DNA of 64,000 nt from the human T2T-CHM13v2.0 reference genome, Homo sapiens. Under the pieces are notes generated by a model that saw only the letters and a program-made list of their open reading frames with translations, was not told the origin of the DNA and did not search any database. The position numbers and the translations under genes were made by a program. The stretch lies in NCBI RefSeq assembly GCF_009914755.1, contig NC_060925.1; one strand, given 5' to 3'. Positions 12,679 to 26,115 of this stretch are shown here, one piece after another; within the stretch, counting starts at the first letter, position 1, and every line of letters begins with the position of its first letter.

Positions 12679-13339
12679 ACCAGAAACCTACATTTCTAGA
12701 GAATGTTCATGTCAAATAAAGCATAAAACTTACCTGCAAAAAGCTTCTGATGGCTCTATCCCTAAAGCAGCAACGGCTTCCAAAACTATACTAGCAGAAT
12801 GCAGACTTTGAAAGCTATGATTCTAGAGACACTTACAAACATAAAGGTGACAACAATATTCTGTCAGAAGGAACAACATGATATAATGAACCAGAATATG
12901 TTGATTTAACAATAAAGTAGGACTCAGTCACATTAGATAGGACCGTATGTCTACACTGCCCCATGGGAGAAAAATAAATTTGTCTGAGCCAATGCTTTCT
13001 AGGGGGTTGGTCTTTTTATCATGGTTGAAGAGCATGCACCCCACAAAAGGAAACTTTCAGCTTATCGTAAATAATGTTTAAGATGATATGTGTATCATAA
13101 AGAAACTAGATTAATTAATGAGAGGGAGAGAATAGTACTGTTAATTAAAAGCAGAAAAAGGAATGTCTGCCCCCAACTAAAATGAATTGTGGCAGACTAA
13201 TGATTCTGAAATAAACTAAAAACTAAAAATAAGTAAATAAATAAGGCATTAGAGAACTGCGGCCATGAAATAACAAGATCATACAGTAGGCAGAACATTT
13301 CTATTTGGGTTGTTTGCTATTTCTGGATGCCAGGAAACT

Positions 13340-14070
13340 ATGAAATATGTAGGTATACACTTTAGAAAATGTATGCAAGATTAGTATGGTGAAATCACAA
13401 ATGCTGATGAAAGAAATGATAGAAGACCTAAATTAATAGAGAGAAATATGCATTCCCTGATTGCAAAACTTAATATTAAAACATTGGTTTGTCTTAATTA
13501 GATGTGTAGATTGTATACAGTCTGGGTGAAAATACTAGCAGGGATTTATGTAGAAGTCAACCATCTGAATTAGGATGTATATGGAAAGGCAAAAGAAATA
13601 CAACAGACAAAAGAATTTTTTAAAGGAAAAAAAAAGAAGACTTGCACTACCTGACTTCAAAACTTACTATAAACGTACAGCAATCAAGAGAGCCTGGTAT
13701 TGGCATAAAAATAAATGAATATAACAATAGAACAGAATAGAAAGCCCAGAAAATAAACCCAACCTTACATGGTCATATGATTTTTTAAAAAGGCAACAAT
13801 AGAATCCAATAAAAAGAAATACTTTCAACAAATATTCACAATAGGGGAATGAAAACAAATTAGATGCCTATCTCACACCATCTACAACTATTAATTATAG
13901 GTAAGTCATAAACCAAAGCATAAAACCAATTATAATGCCTCTGGAAAAAAAATATGAGCATATTTTCAAGGTTTGGGGTAGGCAAAATTTTCTTTGGACA
14001 TACATAAGAATATTTAGTAAATTAAACTTCATCACCTAAAAATTTCTGCTCACCGAAATAAACACACAAA
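13340..14070 (+). mobile_element. L1M ORF2 3' fragment
   Basis: 'gacttgcactacctgacttcaaaacttactataaacgtacagcaatcaagagagcctggtattggcataaaa'. Confidence 0.85.
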
Positions 14071-14939
14071 AACAAATACTAGATGTAGCTATTCGTTTCC
14101 AGAAGACAATATTGTTTTCCTACTTATAAAATAAATGTTTCAACTGAATAGTGATGAGAACAGTTTTATTGATTTTGATTTTTTTAGTTCAGGTAAATTT
14201 AATTCAGTATTTTTTCCGTGTGGTCTTTACACTAACTACATAACCTAATGACCCAGTTCCTTAGTTCTAGGACTTTACTACTTAAACAGTCTTGAATGAT
14301 TCACCCTGGAAATCTGCACATTAACTAGAATCCCAGGTGATTCCTATTACACATTAGTTTCAATCTCTTTAGATAGTAACCATGCTATGTAGGCCAGCTG
14401 ATTTTACATCTCATCATCTCTTCAGAACCATGAGATTCACCCCAATAATACAGTTATTGCTTTCCTCCTCCCACTTTCTTACCATCTTATTCTCTTTTCT
14501 GACTTACATGGCTTTGGTGCTCTACTTCTTTAACTCCATAACCTTATAATCCTATCAGTATCCGGTAATTTCTTATTTATTCATTCACTATTTGTAAATG
14601 TTCATTGGGTTTTAAACCAAATAAAATAGTAAGTATTAACACTATTATTGATATTAATAATTTCAGATATGCTTATTGTTGTATATTTTACAATAATAAA
14701 GGAAACAATTTTTGCTCTTCCTGGATAGCTGTTCAAAATGTCTGGAGCACCACCCTCTTAACAGAAATTCCGTCTCACCTTCTATTCACATTTCTCCTTG
14801 GATCATAGTAAATACTAGGTATTACATTTGCCTAATAAATGAAATACTGAATGTCAAAATAGTGATAAATTCACATAATTCTGACCATTTATAAAATAAT
14901 TTTAGATACATAGTTTATTGTTCTATCCAATGAAACCCT

Positions 14940-15110
14940 GGGTTGATTAAGCAAAGTCTTTATTTATAGATGAGGAAACTGAGTCACAGAGAAATTAAGA
15001 ATTGGAAAGGATTTTAACTTATTTCTGCCAGTGCAGTCATCACACAAATAGAATGAGTTTTGGCAGAATCAAGGCTTGATATTTGGTCTTTCATCAATTC
15101 AAATAGTTTA
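14940..15110 (-). mobile_element. MIR fragment
   Basis: MIR core 'tttatagatgaggaaactgagtcacagaga'. Confidence 0.75.
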
Positions 15111-17236
15111 CATTGCCTCTTGGACTTTTGTAACACAATTTGTTTTTCAAAATTGCTTTTGATACTTAATTTACTTGAGTGTACTTATGAAAGAATATTG
15201 CAGAGAATAGGACACATAAACATTTTTTATTGGTTAGAACTTTTATCAAGCATTTACATGGAAATGAGAAATCACGTTAAATAAATGACAAGGAAAATGG
15301 GTATTATAATATTGCTCTTTCACTTTACTAATAAGTATTAAATGTCAATATTAGAATAGTTTTCTCAGTCTTCAACTTACAATTATGGGCTTAAGGAACT
15401 CTGAATATGGTCAGTATCTTTGTCTAACAAAACAACAAAACCTTACAGTAAAACATTAATTTTAGAGAAAGAATGCTCAGGGGTTCATTGTGATGGCAAA
15501 AAAGAAAACCCAATACAAGAACATGATTTTATCCTGGAACTCAACTGTGTAAAGCAAATCTATTCTTTGTAACTATCATTATGTAAGCAACTATCACCCA
15601 AGGGGATATAGATCATACTAGGCCTATTCATCCCTGGCCATACAACAGGTTATGAAGCATTTGTTAACCTTAGCATTGTAGCTATGAAATTTGATTTTAA
15701 TGATCATCATGCTTTGTGTATGGAATTTTATTTTTAGGATAACTTTAACCCTGGAATCTTCTTTTATTGCTCTCATACAAGGGACAGCAGCTCCAAATCT
15801 CAGATAAAGTGAACAGAGTGCCTTACATAAAAGGACAGGTGTTTCTACTTTCCTGTTAATGACTCTCTAAGTGTGGATGATGATGATCCTTATCAGTCAT
15901 TACTAAATTTACTTCATAGAAATTAAGAATTAAATTACAGTTTCAAGGCTCATTGGGTCTTGTTAAATTTGTTGAATTGCTCACATGTGTATGTCTTGTC
16001 CTCCATGGGGTATCTGTAAAGCAGGTGTTTCAATTCATTGAAAGTTTGCTGCATTCTATTCTGCCCAAAGATTATTATACAATTGTGTTTGAATTCCAGG
16101 TTGGGTTCTTATATTTGAAGACCACACTTCAAATAGTCATATTTGACTATTCAAGTTTAGCATAAAGAGGAATAATATGGAAATGGTCTCTTATGGGGGC
16201 TTTTAAAAAAGAGTAGTGAATGTGAAATTCGAGGGCAGATAGGGACCACATTCCAAACTTAATATCTTTCTCACTTGTCTCAGTATTCTGATGCCAAACA
16301 ATCCCAAATACAAGTGCAAGTGGAAAGATCTTTTGCATTTTTATCCATGCCTGTGGGGACGAGTCTTCTAATGCACTAAAAGCACAACTCATTGCTCTTT
16401 GAATGCAGGGATATTATACCAGATAGAAATTACTGCTGTCGTGTAAGCCTTCCCTGCGCTCTTTGTCCATATACTCTCTCTTTGGCAAGAGAAAAATGCT
16501 CCAGACAATGTCACCTTCAATTTAATGTTCTCCTTTGAAAACTAAAACCAAATCAAACTGTATTTTTAAGCACAAAAAAGAACTAGATTCAGAATCAGAT
16601 CAAATAACAGTCTGGGCTTTAAAACAAATGTTTATATTTCTAAATCAGCCATTTTTAAACATAATTAGAGAATCTTATAGCACTTGAATGATCAATGAAT
16701 ATGTCTGATATTTATTTTATATCATGAGGTGCTATAACTTGTGTTACATTTATACTGAAATTTTAGAAACAAGATGAATTTTCACAGTAAATGTCTAACA
16801 TAATAATTCTAAGGCAAAGCAATGTAACAAAAAAAGAGAAAAAACTGAGAATGGATTTCTGCTTCTTTATTCCCAGCGTAGTTTTCTCTCCACCAGGTAA
16901 GAGTGCCTACATTTAAGAAAAGGAAGAAATGGCTTATCTGAAATTCCTAATAATAGCAATAATAAATAAAAACCATAAACTAGTTACAATGATAGTAATA
17001 ACAATAATAATTACTCAGAAACTGTTTTATTATCCCTGTGGACAGTGTCAGCATTTTTTCTTAGATCCATGAAACTATAAATAATTAGTGACATAAATGA
17101 GGACTCTTCATGGTCAAAAAGCTGAGCTTCTAGCAAAATTACTCAAGAAGCAAATGATTCACAACCCATCTTTAATAGCTGAGAGGTTAGTACAGCAGTA
17201 TCTCCTGTCACCTGGCTACACCTTGCATTTTCAAGG

Positions 17237-19552
17237 TGTATTAGTCCACTTTCACACCACTATAAAGAATGACCTAAGACTGGGTAATTTATTAATAAAA
17301 GAGATTTAATTAACTCATAGTTTCGCATGACTGGGGAGGCCTCAGGAAACCTACAATGATGGTGGTAATGGAAGCAAGACACATCTGACATGGCAGCAGG
17401 AGAGAGAGAGTGACCAAGTGCCACACTTTAGAACCATCATCTTTCATAAGACCTCACTATCACAGGGACAGCATGAGAAAACCACCCCCATGATCCAGTC
17501 ATCTCCCACCAGGTCCTTCCCTTGACATGTGGGGATTGCAATTTGAGATGAGATTTGGGTGTGGGGACACAGAGCCAAAACATATCATTTTGCCTCTGAC
17601 CCCTCCCAAATCTCATGTCCTTTTTATATTTCAAAACCAATCATGCCTTCACAACAGTTCCCCAAATTCTTGACTCATTCCAGCATTAAGTCAAAAGTCC
17701 AATTCCAAAGCCTCATCTGAGACAAGACAAGTCCCTTTCTCCTATTAGTCTGTAAAATCAAAAACAAGTTAGTTACTTCCAAGACACAATGAGGGTAAAG
17801 GCATTAGGTAAATGTTCTCATTCCAAATGAGAGAAATTGGCCAAAACAAAGGGGCCACAGGCCCCATGCAAGTCCGAAACCCAGCAGGATACTCATTAAA
17901 ACTTAAAGCTCTGAAATAATCTCCTTTGACTCCATGTCTTACATCCAGTTCAAGCAGATGCAAGAGGTGGGCTCCCAAGGCCTTGGGCAGCTCCACCTTT
18001 GTGGCTCTGCAGGGTACAGTCCCTACAGTGGCTTTCCTGGGCTGGTGTTGAATGCCTGTGGCTTTTCCAAGTACACGGTGCAAGCCATCAGTGGATCTCC
18101 CATTCTAGGGTCTGGAGAATGGTGGCCCTTTTCCCACATATCCACTAGGCAGTGCCCCAGTGGAGACTCTGTGTGGGGGCTCCAACCCCACATTTCCCGT
18201 CTGCATTGCCCTAGTAGAAGTTCTCCATGAGGGATCTGCTCCTGTAGCAGATTTCTGCCTGGTCACCCAGGCATTTCCATACATGCTCTGAAATCTAGGG
18301 AGAGGCTCCGAGCAAAAGCTCAACTCTTGTCTTCTGTGCACACAAAGGCCCAACATCATGGGCAAGCTGTCAAGGCTTGGGCTTGCACCCTCTGAAGCAA
18401 CAGCCCAAGTTGTACCTTGGCCTCTTTTAGCCATGACTGGAGCTGGAGCAGCTGGGATGCAGGGTGCCATATCCCAAGGCTGAATAGAGCAGAAGGGCCC
18501 TGGGCCCAGACCATGCAACCATTTTTTCTTTCTACACCTCCCACCTGTGATGTGTGGAGGGGCTGCTTGAAGATCTCTGAAATGTCCTGGAGACATTTTC
18601 CCCATTGTCTTGGCAATTAATATTCAGCTTTTTGTGACTTATGCAAATTTCTGCATCATTCTACCACCTGGTCAGGCTGAAAATTTTCCAAACTTTTATG
18701 CACGCTTTCCCTTTTAAATATAAGTTTCAATTTCAGATAATCTCTTCATGAAAGTATATGATTGTATGCTTTTGCAAAAAGCCTGGTTACATCTTGAATG
18801 CTTTGCTCCTTAGAAAGTTCTTCTTCCAGATAACCTAAATCATCTCTCTCAAGTTCAAAATTCCGCAGATCCCTAGGGCAGCAGCAATATGCCACTAGTC
18901 TCTTTGCTGAAGCATAGCAAGAGTGACCTTTCCTCTAGTTCCAAATAAGTTCCTTATCTACATCTGGGATCACTTCAGCTTGGACTTCACTGTCCATATT
19001 ACTATCAGCATTTTTATCAAAATCATTCAACAAGTCTCTAAGAAGTTCCAAACTTTCCCACATCTTCCTGTCTTCTCCCGAGCCCTCCAAATTGTTCTAA
19101 CATACACCTGTTTCCCAGTTCAAAAGTCACTTCCACATTTTCAGGTTATCTTTATAGCAACGCCCCGCTATCCCAGTACCAATTTTCTGTATTAGTTGAT
19201 TTTCACACTGCTATAAAGAGCTACCTGAGACTGAGTAATTTATAAAGGGAAGAGTTTTAATTGACTATCAGAGCTCCACATGGCTGAGGAGACCTCAGGA
19301 AACTTACAATAATGACGGATGAGGAAGCAAGGCATGTCTTACATGGCAGCCAGAGAGAGAGAGAGAGAGCACCACAATTTAAAACCATCAACTCTCATGA
19401 GAACTCATTCACTATCACACGAACGGCATGGGGAAACCTCTCCCCGCATGATGCAATCACCTCCCACCAGGTCACTCCCTTGACACGTGGGGATTACAAT
19501 TTGAGATGAGATTTGGGTGGGGACACAGAACCAAACCATATCACCCATATCA
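17237..19552 (-). mobile_element. Full-length THE1D MaLR provirus (LTRs 17237-17587 and 19188-19543, internal 17588-19187)
   Basis: Two matching LTRs (tgtattag...catatca), THE1-int between them, 5-bp TSD caagg (17232-17236, 19553-19557). Confidence 0.93.
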
Positions 19553-20434
19553 CAAGGCAAATCAATATTCAAATTTTTGGAGAGTTTCAAAAACAAAAAA
19601 TAATTCATAGTAATATTATTGAAACAAAGACAATCTAGTTTCCCTAAACTATATATACTTTCTACATAGAGAGCGAATAAAATATCCATAATAATGTATA
19701 TTCTTGATATCTTCTCTATAAAATCATTAAAGGCCTACTAGGGCAGGATAATTAAAGATAATAATTTATAAGACAGTAAATAACAGTAATTCATAATATG
19801 AACTTTTAAGTCCAACATTCATATTGCAGATGTATCACTTTTTTCATTATTTTGAGTACTAAATATTTTTAAAATGGGTACAAGTGAAAAACTATTTTAC
19901 TTTTGTGTGATGTTGCGTAAACTCTCATTGAAGTATAAAGTAAGACAGATAATATAATAGTAAATAGCTCAATCATTTGTTAAAAGGGAAAGTGCAATCA
20001 TGCTTATTACCTGCTAAACATAAGACATAGTAGAGATTAGGCACTCAATAAATATAAACTATTAGCATTATTATGATTATCAATCTTACTATTATTAAAA
20101 ATACTCAAAGCACCATTGTTTTTTAAAAGTATGACTCACATGCCATTTATCATGCAATTTTTGTGTTATAACAATAAATGTTATAAAAATTGAATGTCAA
20201 ACAATTAAAGCCTCAAATACAATTACAGTGAAAGCATATGAAAATGACATTAATTGGCAGGCTCTTTTACTCTTTCTGTACCCTTTAATAGGCAAATTAA
20301 AACTTTACAAATTAGCATGTAAACATTTTATGCTACTGTCTAGAATGCTTCTAAGTTTCAAAATACTCTACACTTTTCAGAAAATTCAATATTCTCTGCT
20401 ACTTGTTAGTCTCATATAGGAAGCAAACTCCTTT

Positions 20435-23400
20435 TTTATGTAAATGATAAACGTTATTTTTTCGAGCCATTTTAGGTTTAAAGAAAAATTGAGCAGAAGA
20501 TACAGAGTTTGCATACACCTCTTGTAACCACATGTACATAGCCTGCCCCATCACCATCTTCCACCATAGTAGTAAGTTTGTTATAATATGAACCTACATT
20601 GACACATCATTATCACTCAAATGCATAGTTTGCATTAGGGTTCAACCTTGGTGTTGTATATTTTATAAATTTTGACAAATGTACAGTGACTTATACCTGC
20701 CATTGTAGTATCATACAGAATAGTTTCACTGCCCTAAAAATGATCTGTTCTTTCCTCATTTATCCCTCTCTTACTGTTAATCCCTAGAAACCACAGATCT
20801 TTTTACTGTCTTCATAGTTTTGATTTTCTCAGAATGTTATATAGTCAAAATGATACAGTATGTAGCCTTTTTATATTGGCTTTATTCACTTACTAATATG
20901 CGTTTAAGTTTCTTCCAAGTCATTTCATGGCTTGATAGCTCATTTCTTTTTAGAGCTGAATAATATCCCACTGCTTGGATGTACCACAGTTTACTTATTT
21001 ATTCATCTACTAAAGAACATATTGATTGTTTTCAAGTTATAGCTATTATGAATAAAGCTGCTATAAATATCCCTGTACACGCTTTTGTGTCATAAGTTTT
21101 AAATTTATTTGAGTTAATACCAAAGAGCATGGTCGCTTGTTTACATGGCAAAAGCACATTTAGTTTTGTAAGAAACTACCAGTCTTACAAACTGGTAGTC
21201 AAAACAGTGGCTGTACTGTTTTGCATTTCAGCCAGCAAGGAACGAGAGTTCCTTTTGCTCCACGTCCTCACCAGCATTTGATGTGTTCAGTGTTTTGCAT
21301 TTTAGCATTCAAATAGGTGTATAGTGGTGTCTCAGTGTTGTTTTAATTTGCAATATCCTAATAAAATATGATGTTGAGCATGTTCATACACACTTATTTA
21401 CTGTCTGCATATCTTCTTTGCTGTGGTGTCTGTTTAGATCTTTGACCTTTTTTTTTAGCCAGATTATTCATTTTCTTATTGTTGAGTTTTAAGAGTTTCT
21501 TCTATATTTTAAATTACAGTCCTTTATCAAATGTGGCTTTTGCAATTTTTTTCTCCTGGTGTCTGGCTTGCCTGGTCTGTATTTTATGTTTCTCTAGACA
21601 ATATTGAGTCTTCCTATCCAAGAACAGGAACTTTCTCTCCATTTATTTAGCCGTTAATATGTTTTATGAGAGTTTTGTAGTTTTCCTTACATAAATGTAT
21701 ATATTAGATTTATACCTAAATATTTCATCCTTTGACATGCCAATGAAAATAGCAATGTGCTTTGAATGTCATATTCCAGATTTTCATTGCTAATATATAT
21801 GAAAAAATGACTTCATATTAACCATGTGTTTTTCAAATTTGCTATAATCACATATTCATTTCAACAAGGTTTTTGTTGATTCTTTTCGGATTTTCTACAT
21901 AGGTTATCATTTCATCTGCATAGATGATCATGTAAAAAAGACAACAGTTTTATTTCTTTCTTCCCTATCTCTGTATGCATTATTTCCTTTCCTCAATCTA
22001 TTGCATTATTTAGAACTTCCAGTTGAATGTTGAAAAGTAGTGGTGAGAGTGTTGAAAAACTTTAAGTCTTTCAACATAAATTAAGATGTTAACTGTAGGT
22101 ACATTTTGAGTGTGCATGCTTTTTTAAAAATCAAATTGAGGAAGTCTTTCCTCTCTATTTCTAATTTTCTGAAAGTTTTCTTCATTAGCGGGCATTTAGT
22201 TTTGTCAAATGCTTTCTCTGCATGTATTGATAAGACTATGTGATTTTTCTTCCTGAGCCTGTTGGTGTGATGGATTACATTAATTGATTTCTGAATGTAG
22301 ACATAGCCGAGAATAACGGAATAAATCCCAGTTGGTCAATCTGTATAATTCCTTTTATACTTTGTTGGATTTAATTTGCTGATATTTTGTTGGGGATTTT
22401 TAAATCTAAGCTCATGAGCAATACTGGTCTGTAGTTGTCTTTTCTGGTAATGACTTTGTCTGGTGGTGTATTAAGGTAATATTGGCCTCTTATAATGTGT
22501 TAGAAAGTATTCTCTCTACTTCTATTGTCTGAAAGAGATTATGGAGAATTGGCATAATTTTTTCCTTAAATGTTGTGTCAAATTCACCAGTGAACACCTC
22601 TAAGCTAGTTTTTTTTCTATTTTGGAACATTGTTGATACAATTTCTTTAATAGCTATATGTCTATTCTATTCAGATTGTCTATTTCTTCTTGTGAGTTTT
22701 GGCCAATCTTATTTAGGATATCAAATGTGTAGTCATAGACTTGTTCATTATATTCCTTTATTATACTTTGAATGTCCATGGAATCGGTAATGATGACCCC
22801 TTTTTAATTTGATATTAGTAATTTATATCTTCTTTATTTTTTCTTAGTTAGCCTGGCTAGAGGTTATCTGTTTTATTGACCTTTCCTAAGAACCACTTCT
22901 TAGCTTTGTTATTTTCTGTACTGATTTCTATTTTGTTAATTTCTGCTGTAATCTTTATTACTTATTTTCTTCTGCTTACTTTGGATTTCATTTGATCTTC
23001 TTTACCTAGTATCTTAAGGTAGAAGCTTAGTTTATTAATTTTTGATTTTTCTTTTTTCCAGTATATGCATTCAATGCTATAAGTCCCTCTAAGCACTTCC
23101 TTTGCTACATCCCACAAACTGAAAAATTGTATTTCCATTTTAATTTAGCTCAAAATATTTTTAAATTTTACTTGAGATGTCTTCTTTGACCCATGTATTA
23201 TTTACAAATATTTTGTTTACTCTCAAAGTATTTTGGAATTTTCTAGCTATTTTTCTGTTATTGATTTCTAGTTTTATTCTATTGTGGACTAAGAACTGAT
23301 ATTTTGTGATTTCAATTATTTTAAATTTGTTAAGATATGTTTTATGGCCCTGAGTGTAGTCTATGTTTGTAAATCTTACCTTCAGCTTGAAAAAAATGTA

Positions 23401-26115
23401 CAATATGCTGTTTTTGGATAAAATAGCTTATAGTTGTCAACTATATCCAGTTTATGACTGGTGCTGCTAGGTTCAATTGCGTCTTTACTGATTATCTGTC
23501 TGATGAAGCTGTCTATTTCTGATAAAGGGATGTTGAAATCTGCAGCTATAATAGTGAATTCATCTATTTCTCCTTGCATTTATTTCAATCATTCTTTGCT
23601 TCATATATCTTGATGTTCTGTTGTTAGTTGCATACACATTAAAGACTGATATATCTTCTAGAGTGTTGATCTATGTATCATTATGTACTGTGTTCTTTAT
23701 CCCTGATAACTTTCCTTGTTCTGAAGTACAGCCTGCCTGAAATTAATATAGCTAATCCTGCTTTCTTTTGGTTAGTGTTAGCATGTATATCTTTTTCCAT
23801 TCCATTGTTTTTCATCTATAAATGGCATTATATTTAAAATAGATGCCTTGTAAACAACATATTATTAGGTTTTGGTTTTGATTCAGTCTGATAATCTCTG
23901 TCTTTTAGCAGTTGTATTTGGGCCAACAACATCAAAAGCAATTATTGTTGTAGATTAGTATCTACCATATGTTATTCTTTTACATTTGTTGTCCTTGTTC
24001 TTTGTTCCTAATTTTGGCTTCCACACTTTTTCTGCCTTTTGTTGTTTTAATGGTATATTTTATATAATTCCATTTTCTCTCCTTTCTTAAGATATTAATT
24101 CTTTTCTTTTTCTTTTTATGTTTTGAGTGGTTATCTAATGCATGTCCACTTCCCAATAACATTATATCACTTTATGGATATAACAAATACCTTATACTAA
24201 CAAAATATTTCTAATTTTTCTCATCTGTCCTTTTTATTACTGACATCATTTACTTCACTTACACATACACATATATAATTTTATATATGTATATATAAAC
24301 ACATACGAAGCATACATAATCAAGTACATTGTTGCTATTATTATTTGGAACAAAATGCTATCTTGCAGAACAATAAGAATAAGAAAAATTAAATTTTTAT
24401 TTTACTTTCTCTTATTCTTTATCTGATGGTTTTCACTTTTTGTAAGTCTATTTTGACCTATATTATTATTTTTCGTCTTTATGAAAGACCTATTTTAACA
24501 TTTCTTGGAGACAGGTCTACTAGAATAAATTCTCTCAGTTGTTGTCTGAGAAAGTCTATTTCTATCCCATTTTTGAATGATAATTATTCAGGGCACAGAA
24601 TCCCAGGTTAGCATTTTATTTTTCTTTCAATACTTTAAATATTTCACTCCACCCTCTTGTTGCTTGTATGATTTCTGAAAATAAGTCAGATGTGCAATTT
24701 ATCTTTTACTTCTCTATTGTTTTTTCCTCTGGCATCTTTCAGTAATTTGTTTTTATCTTTAATATTTTGCAGTTTAAATATGATATGCCTATGGGTAGTT
24801 TTCTTGGCATTTACCCTACTGTATATTCTCTGAGCTTCCTGGATCTTTTGTTTAATGTCAGGCATTAATTTGTGGGAAATAGTTATTATTGCTTTAAACA
24901 TTTCTGCTGTTCCTTTCTCTCCTTCTGCTTTTTCTTGTATTCCCATTATCCACATGTTACAACTTTTTGGTTGTCCCATAGTTCTTGTATATTCTGCTCA
25001 TTTTGTTGTTGTTGTTTCTCTTTGCTTTTTCAGTTTTGGCAGTTTCTGTTTGCCATATTCTCAAGCGTAGAGATTTTCTTTCTCAGTTGTGTCTTACCTA
25101 CTAATCAAAGAATCAAATTGATTCTTCATTTTGGTCACAGTGTTTTTGATCTCTAGCATTTTATTTTAAGTCACTCTTAGAATTTCCATCTCTTTGCGTA
25201 CTTTATCTATCTTTTATTGCATGTTGTCTACTTTTCCCATGAAAGCCCTTAGCGTATTAGTTATAGGTGTTTAAATGCCCCATCTAATAATTCCAACATC
25301 TCTGCCATGTTTGGCTCTAATGCTTGTTCAGTATCTTCAAACTGTGTTTTTTGCCTGTTGAATGCCTTGTAATTTCTTATTAAAAGGTGATCATGATGTA
25401 CTTGGTAAAAGGAACTTCACTAAATTGGCCTTTTAAAGTAGTGGTAAGGCGTGGGTGGAGAGAAGCCTCTGTAGTCCTGTGATTATGTCTCAGTCTTTCT
25501 TTTGGTGAGCCTGTGACCTGGGCTGTGGACTTCACCAGTGCTTCTCAGTCCCTACACCTCCCTTAGGTGAGAGAGGATGGCTATAGGGCGTTACAGTTGG
25601 ATATTTCTCTTTCCCTACTTGGTTGGCTCTGATAAAACCACAGAAGGTCAGTTTCTGACAAAAGAGTTTCTTCTGAGGGCAAGCCTTATTAAGAAAAACA
25701 GAATGCTGTGATTTGTATTTTAAAATTGTTCCTTTTTCTCTTCCTTCCAGAAGTATGAGGGGATTTTTTTTTTCTCAGACACTCTCTGTGAAACTAGATC
25801 TGGTCCCCAGAGATAAAACTCACAAAAATGTGGGTAGCCTCCCAGTGACTGGTCCCCTTGGTTTTAAACTCAGAATCAACCACGCTGAGCCTCCAGCACA
25901 TCATAAATGACAGGTTATGTTTTGCTACCCCAATACTGGATCCTGTGAAGGTTTCTGCCCATGAGCTTTTGATTTGGTAAATTGTCATTCTCTGTATCCG
26001 TTGTTTGTCTTTTCAGTTTTAGGGTCAGCAATTTGCCCTGCAATCTCACTTCTCTGACAAATCTAACTTGTTAGGATAGAGTGGCGACCTCTAAGCTTAC
26101 ATGCCAGATTGAAAG
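20435..26115 (-). mobile_element. L1MC1-like element retaining 3'UTR, ORF2 and ORF1 remnants and 5'UTR, with internal deletions
   Basis: L1MC1-type 3' end ('aaaattgagcagaagatacagag'); ORF2 endonuclease-region remnants (minus ORFs 23161-23579); ORF1 remnant (24686-24979 KIQEAQRIYSRVNAKKTTHRHIIFKLQ); 5' end 'gagtggcgacctctaagcttacatgcc'. Confidence 0.88.

Larger units (their letters stand above)
11830..13200 (+). mobile_element. Highly diverged MLT1 internal region (hosting MER1B)
   Basis: 'acagaaaattttacctggagatggagtgct..aaatgtgtggaattg' resembles the MLT1-int start; 'tgtggcaga' LTR-like start near 13188. Confidence 0.4.

Noticed and set aside
17769-19195. ORFs up to 166 aa in the THE1D internal region
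   Set aside because: Degenerate THE1-int reading frames; no intact retroviral gene.
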